In this document: in pieces, positions 38,529 to 46,820 of the stretch
Layout: each line of letters starts with the position of its first letter
How positions within the stretch are numbered: the first letter of the stretch is position 1
Assembly: GCA_903932505.1 (NCBI GenBank)
Contig: CAIZGN010000208.1
Coordinates: 1-52,747, forward strand
DNA length: 52,747 bases
Reading direction: 5' to 3'
From: Candidatus Hydrogenedentota bacterium
GTDB lineage: Bacteria; Hydrogenedentota; Hydrogenedentia; Hydrogenedentales; CAIZGN01
Program-made: the position numbers and the translations under genes
The notes under the pieces: model-generated
Database searches by the model: none
The model's input: only the letters and a program-made list of their open reading frames with translations
What the model was told of the DNA's origin: nothing

Positions 38529-39704
38529 TTAGGCCAACCCGTGTTCCACCAGCCGTTTCGCGGCTTCCAATACCGCCGCGCTCAACACAGACCCCGGCTC
38601 CACCCCCGAAAACTCCGCCAGCGCGCCCTCGTCGCCATGCTCGGTCCGCACCGCCTGCAGTTGCGCTGAGGCGGGGTCATCCGGCGCGGCATACCGCAGA
38701 GCCGCAGCTATGGCCACCGCAATATGTTCCAGCGGGAGCGATTGTTCCAGACACAAGCGTGCCGCGCCAATCAGTCGGTCGTTCGCGCTCAGTTTCCGAA
38801 GGGGATCGCGCGCCACCCGCGCCACTTGGTCGCCCAAGGCTCGGTTGTGGTAGCGACGAAGGAGGTCTTGGCGGTGCGCCTCCAGGGTTTCCGTGTCCAG
38901 TCCATGCTTGCGCGCCAGCGCCGCGCAGCTTTCCTGGCCCGCGCCTTCCACCAGCGCCAGCACCTTCTCATCGCGAATCGCCTGCCAGATGAATTCATGC
39001 CCGCGAAGATATCCCGCATAGGCGGTCACGGCGTGGGTCATGTTGTGCACAAAGAGCTTGCGCTCGACATACGCTTTGAACTTCGGCAGCGCCTTCATGT
39101 GCGCAATCTCGGGAATTGCCCCTTTGAAGCCCTGACCGTCAACCGGCAGTTCGCAGTACGGCTCAACGCATACCAGAAGCAGGTCTTCGGCCTTCTGCGC
39201 CTCGGTCATCACCGGAACCATGCGTCCGATGGACGCCTCCACCAGCCCGACCGAGGTTTCCAAGATGTCATGAAACGCCGGATCAAGATGCTTGCGGATT
39301 TCGTTGCGGAGGTACGGCCCCGCGTCAATCAAGTTCTCGCACACGATAATATTGAGTGGTGCCGCATTTTCATCCGCGAAGCGCCGCTCGATGCCTTTTG
39401 CCAGGGCGGGCGCAATGCGCGGCAATATTGGCACACCCACGGCCGTCGAAACGATATCCGCCCGGGCCACCGCCCCAGCCACCGCCTCCACATCCCGTCC
39501 GTGTACCGCGCCTACATTCTCAATCGTCAACGTTTCCTCGGTGTCTTCCACCAGCCGCAAAGGATATGATCCGCGACGCTGCAATGCTTCGACCACCTCA
39601 TCCACCACATCCACGAACGTGGTGCGATAACCGGACTCGAAATACAATTGCCCGAGAAACCCGCGCCCGATGTTGCCCGCACCAAAATGGACGGCCTCAT
39701 TCAT
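38529..39704 (-). CDS. mtlD: Mannitol-1-phosphate 5-dehydrogenase-like (mannitol dehydrogenase family)
   Basis: The N-terminus AVHFGAGNIGRGFLGQLYFESGY closely matches the MtlD signature. The second ATG (39704) is preferred because AAGGAG lies 7 nt upstream. Confidence 0.65.
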   Translation of the reverse strand: MNEAVHFGAGNIGRGFLGQLYFESGYRTTFVDVVDEVVEALQRRGSYPLRLVEDTEETLTIENVGAVHGRDVEAVAGAVARADIVSTAVGVPILPRIAPALAKGIERRFADENAAPLNIIVCENLIDAGPYLRNEIRKHLDPAFHDILETSVGLVEASIGRMVPVMTEAQKAEDLLLVCVEPYCELPVDGQGFKGAIPEIAHMKALPKFKAYVERKLFVHNMTHAVTAYAGYLRGHEFIWQAIRDEKVLALVEGAGQESCAALARKHGLDTETLEAHRQDLLRRYHNRALGDQVARVARDPLRKLSANDRLIGAARLCLEQSLPLEHIAVAIAAALRYAAPDDPASAQLQAVRTEHGDEGALAEFSGVEPGSVLSAAVLEAAKRLVEHGLA

Positions 39705-39853
39705 GTTCATTCTCCTTCTGCGTTGAGCCGCATTATAACAAGCAAGCCCCCCTCGCTCCACCCGAGCGGCCCAGCTGGATAGAAGGCCCCAGAACGGGGG
39801 TAACCACTACTTTCGAACAGCAAATACATCCCCACAATATGCGGGATCTTGGC

Positions 39854-39882
39854 TTGACTTCCCACAAGATGTAGGATAGACT
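39854..39882 (+). promoter_or_regulatory. Sigma-70-like promoter roughly 300 nt upstream of the LysM transglycosylase gene
   Basis: TTGACT (39854-39859), a 17-nt spacer, then TAGACT (39877-39882). Confidence 0.45.
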
Positions 39883-40191
39883 ATTACAGGGTTCTTCGGG
39901 TCCCCGGATCGGTCTCTGTTGAGGCCAGCGTATTTGGGCGTGTCACCCCCGTGGACAGGTTCAGCCGTCCGACGTGGCACTAAAAATATGAGGAAGCAAC
40001 CGGCCACCTCTCGTGGGTGGCTGTGTAAAACACCGTGGATGCCGGCCTCGCCGGAGAATTCCCTGCACCCATAGCCAGTTTGGTTGAAAGGGTGTCGCTC
40101 TGTCCGGCGGATTCGCCGGGGTGACAGTGATGTGGGAACGACTCCAGGCGCTTTTCTGTTCTACATCCGGCATGCACGCATGGGAGCGGTC

Positions 40192-42486
40192 ATGTTCAAG
40201 CGAACAACGATGGATAAGTTCAGTATTGGAATGCGCTGGGCACTGCCGGGGGGATTACTTTTCTCCTTGATGGCTGCCTTGCTGACCGGTGGCTGCGCCA
40301 CCACCAGGCCTACGGAAACCCACCAGTTTGATCCCGCCCCGCGTGCCAATGTGAAGACCGATGACCTCGATCCTGTCAATAATCGGCCTGTCGTTGAACT
40401 TTTGCGGGAGGCCGCCAAGGCCTTCGAAGATGGCAACAAGGCCGAAGAGGCCGGTGATCATAAGAAATCCGTCGAGTGCTACGCCCTCATGCTCAAGCGC
40501 ATGACCGAGGCAGACATGGATCCTTCGGTGTTCTATTCCATGCGCAAGGAATTCGGGAAGATCCTCAATTCCACCAATCACCACTCCAAAACCCATCCCA
40601 ACCAGTTGGACTCCGCAGCCGGAGAAAAGGGCGACCTCCGGGTTCCGTTTCCCCTGCCGGAGCCGGTTCTGGCCGAAATCGAGTTCTGGCAACACACCAT
40701 TCCCGGGAAATTCCAGACCTTCCTCAATCGCAGCCCCCGCTACATGCCCTATATGCGAAGGGAATTTGAAAAAGCCGGTCTGCCCCCCGATGTGGCTTGG
40801 CTCGCCCTAATCGAAAGCGGCTTCAGCACCTCCGCGACCTCGCCTGCAGGGGCGGGCGGGATGTGGCAGTTCATGCGCCCCACGGCCACTCGGTACGGTC
40901 TGCAGCAGGATACTTATGTCGATGAGCGCAATGACTGGAAGTCTGCCACCCGAGCGGCCATTGAATACCTCAAGTACCTGCGTGATGAGTTTGATGGTGA
41001 TTGGGCTCTCGCGCTCAGCGCCTACAACATGGGCGAGGGCGGTCTGCAGCGCTCCATTGACGCCAACGGGGGCGACCACGATTTCTGGAGCCTCATCCAG
41101 ACGCCTCCGGCCTCGGACCGCATTCGCCTCGAAACCAAACGCTACTATCCGCTGTTTCTCGCGGCCATGATTATCGCCAACAGTCCCGAGCGCTACGGAT
41201 TCACCATTACCCCTCAGCCGGAAGAAAGTACGGCGGAGGTGCGCGTCAAGGGTATGTATGCGCTTTCCGATTTGGATAAGGCCATGGGCTATAGCTCTGG
41301 AACCCTTTCCAAGCTCAACCCTGAACTCATCAAGGAAGTCACCCCGCCCAACCGCGAATTCCGGGTCGCTGTGCCTGCTGCGGATGAAGAAAAGTTTGCC
41401 GCCGCCATCAAAGACATGCCTCAGGTCGAAATATACGCCAAATATCAGGTGCGAAAGGGCGACACGCTTGCCAAGGTCGCCCAGCAATACGGCATGGATC
41501 CGCGCGATCTGGCCCAGTGCAACAAACTGCGTCCGGGCAGCTCCATTCGCAAAGGGCAGGTGCTTCGTGTACCCAATGCACCGGAAGGTCGCGGAGGCAG
41601 CACTGAAACCAAGGATGCGGACGACGACAAGAAAGACGCCCCCAGCGAAGAATCCAAGCTGGCCACCTCGGGCGACACGAACGGCTATACCGTCCGTCCC
41701 GGGGATACCCTTAACGAAATAGCCAAGTCCAACGGCCTGGAATTGCGGCAGTTGAAAGAGTGGAATCAGATTGACGAGGCGGCTGTCATCCGGCCCGGCG
41801 ACCGGCTGCATATTTCTGACCCGGCCCAACCCGCCAAGAAGGACACCGCCGCCGAGGCTGCTTCTGGCCAGTCGTATTCCGTGCAATCGGGCGACACGCT
41901 GAACAAAATCGCGCTGAAATACAAGGTTAGCGTCGATAATCTGCGCGCGTGGAATGGGCTTTCCGGCGACACGCTGCTGCACGTGGGCGACTCCCTGCGG
42001 CTCGCCGCCAAAGGGAAAGCAGCCCCGACCGCCTCCCCGGCCCCGGCCGCCGCAAAAACAGCCAAGACGGCCCCGACCATCAAGCACATAGTCGCCAAGG
42101 GCGACACGGCCAGCACCATTGCCTCCAAGTATGGCGTCAAGGTCAGTGACGTGCTTACCTGGAATTCCCTGACGCCGGCATCGGTGCTGAAACTTGGGCA
42201 GGTCTGCGTGATTCATCCCAGCGAAAAATCGGCGGCACCTGAAGTCGTGGCCAAGGAAGTAAAGGAAGCCCCTGCTGAGCGAACACAACTCGCCGAGGCC
42301 AAGGACCCCGCCCCCAAGGCGGCCAAAGCGGCGGAGCCCATCGTGCATGTGGTGTCCAAGGGCAACAACCCGTCCGGGATTGCCCGCCAATACGGTGTGC
42401 GCGTTAGTGATTTGTTCAAGTGGAATAATTGGCCCCAAACGCCCGTCCTCAAAGTGGGTGATGAGGTTAAGGTGTTTAAGAAGTAA
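40192..42486 (+). CDS. Membrane-bound lytic murein transglycosylase (MltD-like) lipoprotein with five LysM domains
   Basis: Start set at MFKRTT (GGGAG RBS), with lipobox LLTGGC. The SLT catalytic block is LIESGFSTSATSPAGAGGMWQFM...AYNMGEG. The five LysM repeats are YQVRKGDTLAKVA, YTVRPGDTLNEIA, YSVQSGDTLNKIA, HIVAKGDTASTIA and HVVSKGNNPSGIA. Confidence 0.85.
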   Translation: MFKRTTMDKFSIGMRWALPGGLLFSLMAALLTGGCATTRPTETHQFDPAPRANVKTDDLDPVNNRPVVELLREAAKAFEDGNKAEEAGDHKKSVECYALMLKRMTEADMDPSVFYSMRKEFGKILNSTNHHSKTHPNQLDSAAGEKGDLRVPFPLPEPVLAEIEFWQHTIPGKFQTFLNRSPRYMPYMRREFEKAGLPPDVAWLALIESGFSTSATSPAGAGGMWQFMRPTATRYGLQQDTYVDERNDWKSATRAAIEYLKYLRDEFDGDWALALSAYNMGEGGLQRSIDANGGDHDFWSLIQTPPASDRIRLETKRYYPLFLAAMIIANSPERYGFTITPQPEESTAEVRVKGMYALSDLDKAMGYSSGTLSKLNPELIKEVTPPNREFRVAVPAADEEKFAAAIKDMPQVEIYAKYQVRKGDTLAKVAQQYGMDPRDLAQCNKLRPGSSIRKGQVLRVPNAPEGRGGSTETKDADDDKKDAPSEESKLATSGDTNGYTVRPGDTLNEIAKSNGLELRQLKEWNQIDEAAVIRPGDRLHISDPAQPAKKDTAAEAASGQSYSVQSGDTLNKIALKYKVSVDNLRAWNGLSGDTLLHVGDSLRLAAKGKAAPTASPAPAAAKTAKTAPTIKHIVAKGDTASTIASKYGVKVSDVLTWNSLTPASVLKLGQVCVIHPSEKSAAPEVVAKEVKEAPAERTQLAEAKDPAPKAAKAAEPIVHVVSKGNNPSGIARQYGVRVSDLFKWNNWPQTPVLKVGDEVKVFKK

Positions 42487-42647
42487 ATCCAGAGGAGCGG
42501 GACAGCATTCTCCCGCCCCCCGTAAACCGTAAGGCGCATTGCTTCGTTTTCAATGAGTAAACCGGTGTAGCGGGTCGCTGTGAATGGCTCGCTCGGCGAT
42601 TGTAGGTTTTTTGCCGTTGCAATGTGCCGAATGTTCCGCACTGGGGT

Positions 42648-42676
42648 TTGAAGAAGCCGGGTACAGGTGGTATACT
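42648..42676 (+). promoter_or_regulatory. Extended -10 sigma-70-like promoter in front of the small-peptide array
   Basis: TTGAAG (42648-42653), a 17-nt spacer ending in TGG, then TATACT (42671-42676), giving TGnTATACT. It lies about 70 nt upstream of the first small ORF. Confidence 0.55.
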
Positions 42677-42744
42677 GCCATACGTGCCCAAGAGGCCGGG
42701 CGCATGGAATGTAGCCCATCAAAGGGCCGAGAGGGATATAGATA

Positions 42745-42894
42745 ATGAAGCATATACGAACAGTTTCAAAGAGCCGGGATAGGGCACCTCAAGCTGCGGC
42801 ATCCACATCGATCGGGCTATTTCTGGAGTTCTTCACAAATCTCTTGAGCGCGGTAGCCACCTTTTTCACAGGCAAGGAATCCGCTTCCGCCTGA
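42745..42894 (+). CDS. Small ORF P1 (49 aa), candidate precursor or bacteriocin-like peptide
   Basis: Hand translation: MKHIRTVSKSRDRAPQAAASTSIGLFLEFFTNLLSAVATFFTGKESASA. GAGGGA lies 8 nt upstream. It shares the MKHI(R/K)..S N-terminus and the FTNL and T..T.K....SA blocks with its paralogs. It is not in the supplied ORF track. Confidence 0.65.
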   Translation: MKHIRTVSKSRDRAPQAAASTSIGLFLEFFTNLLSAVATFFTGKESASA

Positions 42895-42948
42895 GGATAT
42901 CTGGTTCCCCGCGTTCGTCGGGGTCTTTATAAGGAGGGAAAAGCAACC

Positions 42949-43089
42949 ATGGTTCACATACGCGCGATCAGTAAACGGCCTTCCGTTGCGGCAGACCGGG
43001 CGACCTTGGGTCAGGTACTCACGGTAGTCGCCGAAATGTTCAGAGTATTGGTGACCGCCCTCACCGCGAAAAACGCCACATCGGCATAA
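42949..43089 (+). CDS. Small ORF P2 (46 aa), paralog of P1
   Basis: Hand translation: MVHIRAISKRPSVAADRATLGQVLTVVAEMFRVLVTALTAKNATSA. A strong AAGGAGGG RBS is at 42931-42938. The C-terminal TALTAKNATSA parallels TFFTGKESASA of P1. Confidence 0.7.
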   Translation: MVHIRAISKRPSVAADRATLGQVLTVVAEMFRVLVTALTAKNATSA

Positions 43090-43146
43090 ACTGCGGGTCG
43101 GGTTCACTCAAGAAACCGTTCCCCGGTTAGGAAAGAGGAGAAGGAC

Positions 43147-43335
43147 ATGCGGCATACACGAATGCTTACCTTGGTGCCTGCAAAGGCCGAGAGTGCCATT
43201 TGCACTGGGATTACCAGCGATTTTCAGGCGCAGCTCTGCTTCCTGTCCACGGCATTGACTTCGTTCTTTCTGCCAGTCATCCAACTGAAGCAGCCGGTGA
43301 CCCCCACGGACACGAACCAGACCGCTACCGCCTGA
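43147..43335 (+). CDS. Small ORF P3 (62 aa), divergent paralog with two Cys and a Thr/Pro-rich tail
   Basis: Present in the ORF track: MRHTRMLTLVPAKAESAICTGITSDFQAQLCFLSTALTSFFLPVIQLKQPVTPTDTNQTATA. An AGAGGAGAAGGA RBS is present. TALTSFF parallels SAVATFF of P1. Confidence 0.6.
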   Translation: MRHTRMLTLVPAKAESAICTGITSDFQAQLCFLSTALTSFFLPVIQLKQPVTPTDTNQTATA

Positions 43336-43390
43336 CCGGGCTGCGGGGGGCATCCTTTTTCGGGACGCCCTCAGCCAGAAGGATTTACAC

Positions 43391-43528
43391 ATGAAACGTT
43401 TGAAACCGTTGACTCAGGCGCCTGTTCGCGCCGCCTCGATTCCCGTGGAAGTGAAGATGACCTTTATTTCGCAGTTCATCGGTATCACCACCCCACTGGT
43501 TCAAGGGAAAGATCAGGTCAACGCATAA
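43391..43528 (+). CDS. Small ORF P4 (45 aa), divergent paralog
   Basis: Hand translation: MKRLKPLTQAPVRAASIPVEVKMTFISQFIGITTPLVQGKDQVNA. GAAGGA lies 7 nt upstream. It has the same basic N-terminus and hydrophobic core layout as the others. Confidence 0.55.
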   Translation: MKRLKPLTQAPVRAASIPVEVKMTFISQFIGITTPLVQGKDQVNA

Positions 43529-43589
43529 TCGAAGTCAATTGGGGTGTCATGCCGGCCGGCATGTCCGAAGTGTTGGACGGAGTCATGCA

Positions 43590-43712
43590 ATGAAACATAT
43601 CAAACGGATTTCCACCGTTGCCCGCGCGGAAGCCTTCACCAACCTGTTCAACGCCGCCTACAGGGCTTGGCGGGACTTCCAGTACAACAAGAAATACGAG
43701 ATGGGCATCTAG
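43590..43712 (+). CDS. Small ORF P5 (40 aa), paralog of P1
   Basis: Hand translation: MKHIKRISTVARAEAFTNLFNAAYRAWRDFQYNKKYEMGI. GGAG lies 7 nt upstream. MKHIKRIS matches MKHIRTVS of P1, and AFTNLF matches FFTNLL of P1. Confidence 0.65.
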   Translation: MKHIKRISTVARAEAFTNLFNAAYRAWRDFQYNKKYEMGI

Positions 43713-43826
43713 GCAACGTACCCGGGCAGATCAGCTCGGGTTTCGCTGACCTGCGCGATGTGCATCGGTCGCCGAGCAACAATCCGGCGACCTGGTGGAC
43801 GCTAAGCGTGGCGTTTGTTCTTGCCT

Positions 43827-43849
43827 CCCGGCGACTGGGTTTCGCCGGG
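43827..43849 (+). terminator. Hairpin (possible leaky terminator or processing site) between the peptide array and the enzyme genes
   Basis: Perfect 8-bp stem CCCGGCGA / TCGCCGGG with a 7-nt loop, followed by CTTCTTCTG. A second hairpin, GCAGATCAGC / GCTGACCTGC (9 of 10 bp), lies at 43726-43754. Confidence 0.4.
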
Positions 43850-43879
43850 CTTCTTCTGCACTGTTATCAAGGAGGCCCG

Positions 43880-44428
43880 ATGATTTCCGGCGCTCATGGA
43901 CATATCCGGCAGGCCGACGCCGATGACGCTGCGGCCCTTTGCGCCTGTTATCGATCCGGCGATCTGCGCGCCTCGGTGCTTGATGGAAAGCGTGAGCCGC
44001 TGGAACCCTCCTTGGATGAGCTGCGCGAAACCCTCGGCAGGCCCGAGGTCGGCCCGGGGCTCTTCTATGCCGCCGAAGATCTACAGGGATGCGTGCGGCT
44101 CTTCTGCGCCTTGCGTCGCGCTCCCTTCGAGGCGCGTTTCGGTGAATTTGTGGTCTTCTATGGAGAGGAATCCGAATTGGAACAGCCCATTGCCGGGGAA
44201 ATGATGGCGTTTATCCACCGCAGGGCATTTACAGAAATGAATCTCCGCAAGCTTACTGCGCACTGTCTCACGATTGAGGAACGCCTGGCTCAATTCCTGC
44301 GTTCCCACGGATTCGTGGGGCAGGGCATCATGCGCGAAGCCTACTACGCACGGGGCCGGTGGCACGATTTTGAGGCTCTGGCCCTTTTGGCTTCGGATGC
44401 ATTGGAAAGGCCAGCATGCCCATCGTGA
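43880..44428 (+). CDS. GNAT family N-acyl/acetyltransferase (RimJ/RimL-like)
   Basis: Start set at MISGAHGHIRQADADD, with AAGGAGG at 43869-43875. The GNAT C-terminal pattern is LRKLTAHCLTIEERLAQFLRSHGFVGQGIMREAYYARGRWHDFEALALL. The longer ORF-track N-terminus overlaps P5 and the hairpin spacer. Confidence 0.8.
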   Translation: MISGAHGHIRQADADDAAALCACYRSGDLRASVLDGKREPLEPSLDELRETLGRPEVGPGLFYAAEDLQGCVRLFCALRRAPFEARFGEFVVFYGEESELEQPIAGEMMAFIHRRAFTEMNLRKLTAHCLTIEERLAQFLRSHGFVGQGIMREAYYARGRWHDFEALALLASDALERPACPS

Positions 44429-45048
44429 CGGATACCTTTCTGCGCCGCGCCGAGCGTGGCGACTTGGACACCGTGGCCGCATGGATGGAGCGGCCCGACT
44501 TCCAGCATTTTCTCTATGGCGACCCGGCCCGCGCGCCCAAGCAGGTGCGCGCCCAGATTGTGGCCATGCTGGGTCGCGCCGCCGGACACACCATGCCGGG
44601 CGGCATCTATCTCATCATTGATTCAAAATCCAGTGGGCCACTTGGCCTGCTATCGCTCCAGAACATCAGTTGGCGCAATCGCTCCTGCACGGTCGATGTG
44701 TACCTTGGTGAAGAATCCCGACGCAGCCGCATGACCTCCGCCATCGCCGTGTATCGTGCCCTCGAATATGGCTTTGACGAGTTGAACCTCCACCGCATCG
44801 GAGCCTTTATTTACGCATTCAACACCGCGTCCTGGCGCATCATGGAATTGAGCGGCGCCCGCCGCGAGCTTACCCTGCAGGCCCATGTGCCCCGCGATGG
44901 AAAACTGCACGACATGTACGGCTACGGCCTTCTCAAACCGGAATTCGACGCCCTGCGTGACCGATATCGTCGGCATGCGGATGGCGGGTTTTCACTGCGT
45001 GCCATGATCGAGGCCATGGCCGGAGACGCGGCAGAGGGCGACACGTGA
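44416..45048 (+). CDS. GNAT family N-acyl/acetyltransferase (RimJ/RimL-like), second copy
   Basis: 13-nt overlap with the previous gene. GNAT blocks are LRRAERGDLDTVAAWM, RNRSCTVDVYLGEE and LNLHRIGAFIYAFNTASWRIMELSGARRELTLQAHVPRDGKLHDMYGYGLL. Confidence 0.8.
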   Translation: MPIVTDTFLRRAERGDLDTVAAWMERPDFQHFLYGDPARAPKQVRAQIVAMLGRAAGHTMPGGIYLIIDSKSSGPLGLLSLQNISWRNRSCTVDVYLGEESRRSRMTSAIAVYRALEYGFDELNLHRIGAFIYAFNTASWRIMELSGARRELTLQAHVPRDGKLHDMYGYGLLKPEFDALRDRYRRHADGGFSLRAMIEAMAGDAAEGDT

Positions 45049-45776
45049 GGGCCATCCTCGACACGACATGGGCGCGCGGACTCATCGTGCCGTTCCTTGT
45101 CCTGTTCTTTCTGCTCGCCGTTGGCACCCTCTGGCACAACCGGCGGGGAAGCACGCCTTCGCGATACTTACCTGCCGCTGCACTCGGTCTGCAGACCGCC
45201 CTGTTTCTCCTCGCCGTCTATTACGCAGCCCGTCTGGGTGCCTTTTCACGTGATCTGGCGTCGCCCGGTTACATCCTGCTGGGGCTCCTGCTGGGCCACC
45301 TGCTCTTCGCGATTTCCTTGCTGGTCACCCACAACGTGTGGCGCGACGCGATCGTGCATTTCTTCGACCTCGGGGGATTCGTCCGCTTTCTCGCGGAAAC
45401 CCCCACGCTCATCGGTCGTTTCATCGCGGTGAGCTTTGCGGAGGAATTGATTTACCGGGTGGCGGCCCAACCCCTGCTTGTGACGCTGACCGGACAGGCG
45501 TGGCTCGCCATTCTTCTCGTGGCGGCCGTTTTCTCCATCGTCCACAAGCACTTCTTTGAAAACGAGCTGTTGCAATCGGTGGAGTTTGCCGGTTTCTCCA
45601 TCGTGCTGGGCGTGTTGTACCATTGTTTCGGTAGCCTCAGCCTTGTGCTGGTGGTGCATACTGTGCGCAATCTTGAAAGTGTGTTCCTGGAGTATCTGCT
45701 CAAGGCGGGTGAACTGGGGGATGAAGCCCTTGCCCTCGCCGAACTCGAACAAGCCTACATGAAGAAGTCGGTGTAA
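45045..45776 (+). CDS. CPBP family intramembrane glutamic endopeptidase (CAAX protease/Abi-like, bacteriocin-immunity-type)
   Basis: GTG start inside a GTGA overlap. The protein is polytopic. The three CPBP motifs are EELIYR, FSIVHK and VVHTVRN. Confidence 0.8.
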   Translation: MRAILDTTWARGLIVPFLVLFFLLAVGTLWHNRRGSTPSRYLPAAALGLQTALFLLAVYYAARLGAFSRDLASPGYILLGLLLGHLLFAISLLVTHNVWRDAIVHFFDLGGFVRFLAETPTLIGRFIAVSFAEELIYRVAAQPLLVTLTGQAWLAILLVAAVFSIVHKHFFENELLQSVEFAGFSIVLGVLYHCFGSLSLVLVVHTVRNLESVFLEYLLKAGELGDEALALAELEQAYMKKSV

Positions 45777-46801
45777 TGACTATGAACGATTCCTATCTCG
45801 TGGAAGCCGAAGACATCAACAAGACCTTCTACACGCGCCATTTCCTGCAATTGGACGAGGACACAAGGCAACGGCGCTGGTACAAGATGAACACCGTGCA
45901 TGCCGCCGAATCCATTTCGTTTGGCATCCGTCCTGGCGAGGTCTTTGGCCTGCTCGGGCCCAATGGTGCGGGCAAGACCACCGCGGTCAAAATGATCTCC
46001 GGCCTCATCCGACCCGACAGCGGTCGGGTGCTGGTCGACGGAATGGATGTCGAGAAAAAACGAAAACAAATCCTCCGAAAAATTGGCGTGGTGCTCGAAG
46101 GAACCCGCACCAGCATCTGGCCCCTGACCCCGCTCGAAAATCTCGTCTACTATGGCAATCTCCGCAATGTGCGCGGAAAAATCCTCAAGGATCGCTCGCA
46201 CGAACTTCTCGATTTCATCGGCCTCAAAGAGAAAAAAAACGTGGAGGTGCGAAAGCTGTCCCGGGGACAGAAACAGAAGCTGGCTATCTGCATCGCCATG
46301 ATTTCGGATCCCATGGTGCTCCTTTTAGACGAGCCCACCACCGGTCTCGACGTGCAAAGTGCCCGCGCCATCAAGGACAAAATCATCGAGATGACCCGGG
46401 GGCAGGGACGCTGTGTTCTGGTGACCACCCACGACATGCACGTGGCGCAGGAATTGTGCGACCGCATCGGGATCATCGACAAGGGCAAGCTGGTCGCCTG
46501 TCAGCCCACCCCGGATTTGTTGGGACTCTTCTCCGAAGAAATGTATCTCTACCGTCTGGATCGCCAGCCCGAACCCGGGGAATTCTCCGGCATCAACGGT
46601 GTGCTGTCTGTCGAAATCGATCCCGAGGCGGAAGGCCCCAATATTCTTGTCCAACTGGATCTGTCGCCCGCCGCGCGGTCAGAGGCCTTCTATGGCCTCG
46701 CCGAACGCCTACGGGGTTTGGGTTGCGAGTTGCGTGCCATTGAGCACCGCCAGCAGAATCTTGAACGGGTATTCTTGAAGCTCACCACGAGCACCATATA
46801 A
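45776..46801 (+). CDS. ABC transporter ATP-binding protein (ABC-2/DrrA-like exporter subunit)
   Basis: TAATG overlap with the upstream gene. Walker A GLLGPNGAGKTT, signature LSRGQKQKLAI and Walker B LLLDEPTTGLD. Confidence 0.9.
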   Translation: MTMNDSYLVEAEDINKTFYTRHFLQLDEDTRQRRWYKMNTVHAAESISFGIRPGEVFGLLGPNGAGKTTAVKMISGLIRPDSGRVLVDGMDVEKKRKQILRKIGVVLEGTRTSIWPLTPLENLVYYGNLRNVRGKILKDRSHELLDFIGLKEKKNVEVRKLSRGQKQKLAICIAMISDPMVLLLDEPTTGLDVQSARAIKDKIIEMTRGQGRCVLVTTHDMHVAQELCDRIGIIDKGKLVACQPTPDLLGLFSEEMYLYRLDRQPEPGEFSGINGVLSVEIDPEAEGPNILVQLDLSPAARSEAFYGLAERLRGLGCELRAIEHRQQNLERVFLKLTTSTI

Positions 46802-46820
46802 TCGAACGGGAAGGATCACC

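Noticed and set aside
39705-40191. tRNA, tmRNA, SRP RNA, RNase P RNA or a c-di-AMP/c-di-GMP riboswitch in the long intergenic region
   Set aside because: I could not find the diagnostic conserved motifs by eye: the T-loop GGTTCGAATCC, the SRP GGAA tetraloop context, or GAGGAAAGTCC. It is retained only as a low-confidence structured-leader finding.
42817-43392. Minus-strand ORFs of 96 and 94 aa covering the small-peptide region
   Set aside because: They have no RBS and odd R/G/C-rich composition. They lie exactly antisense to plus-strand small ORFs that have RBSs, conserved N-termini and regular spacing. They are most likely GC-driven open frames.
43544-43879. The N-terminal 112 aa of the 294-aa ORF-track entry, an extension of the first GNAT
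   Set aside because: The extension overlaps P5 in another frame and runs through the two hairpins. A strong AAGGAGG RBS precedes the internal ATG at 43880, where GNAT homology begins.
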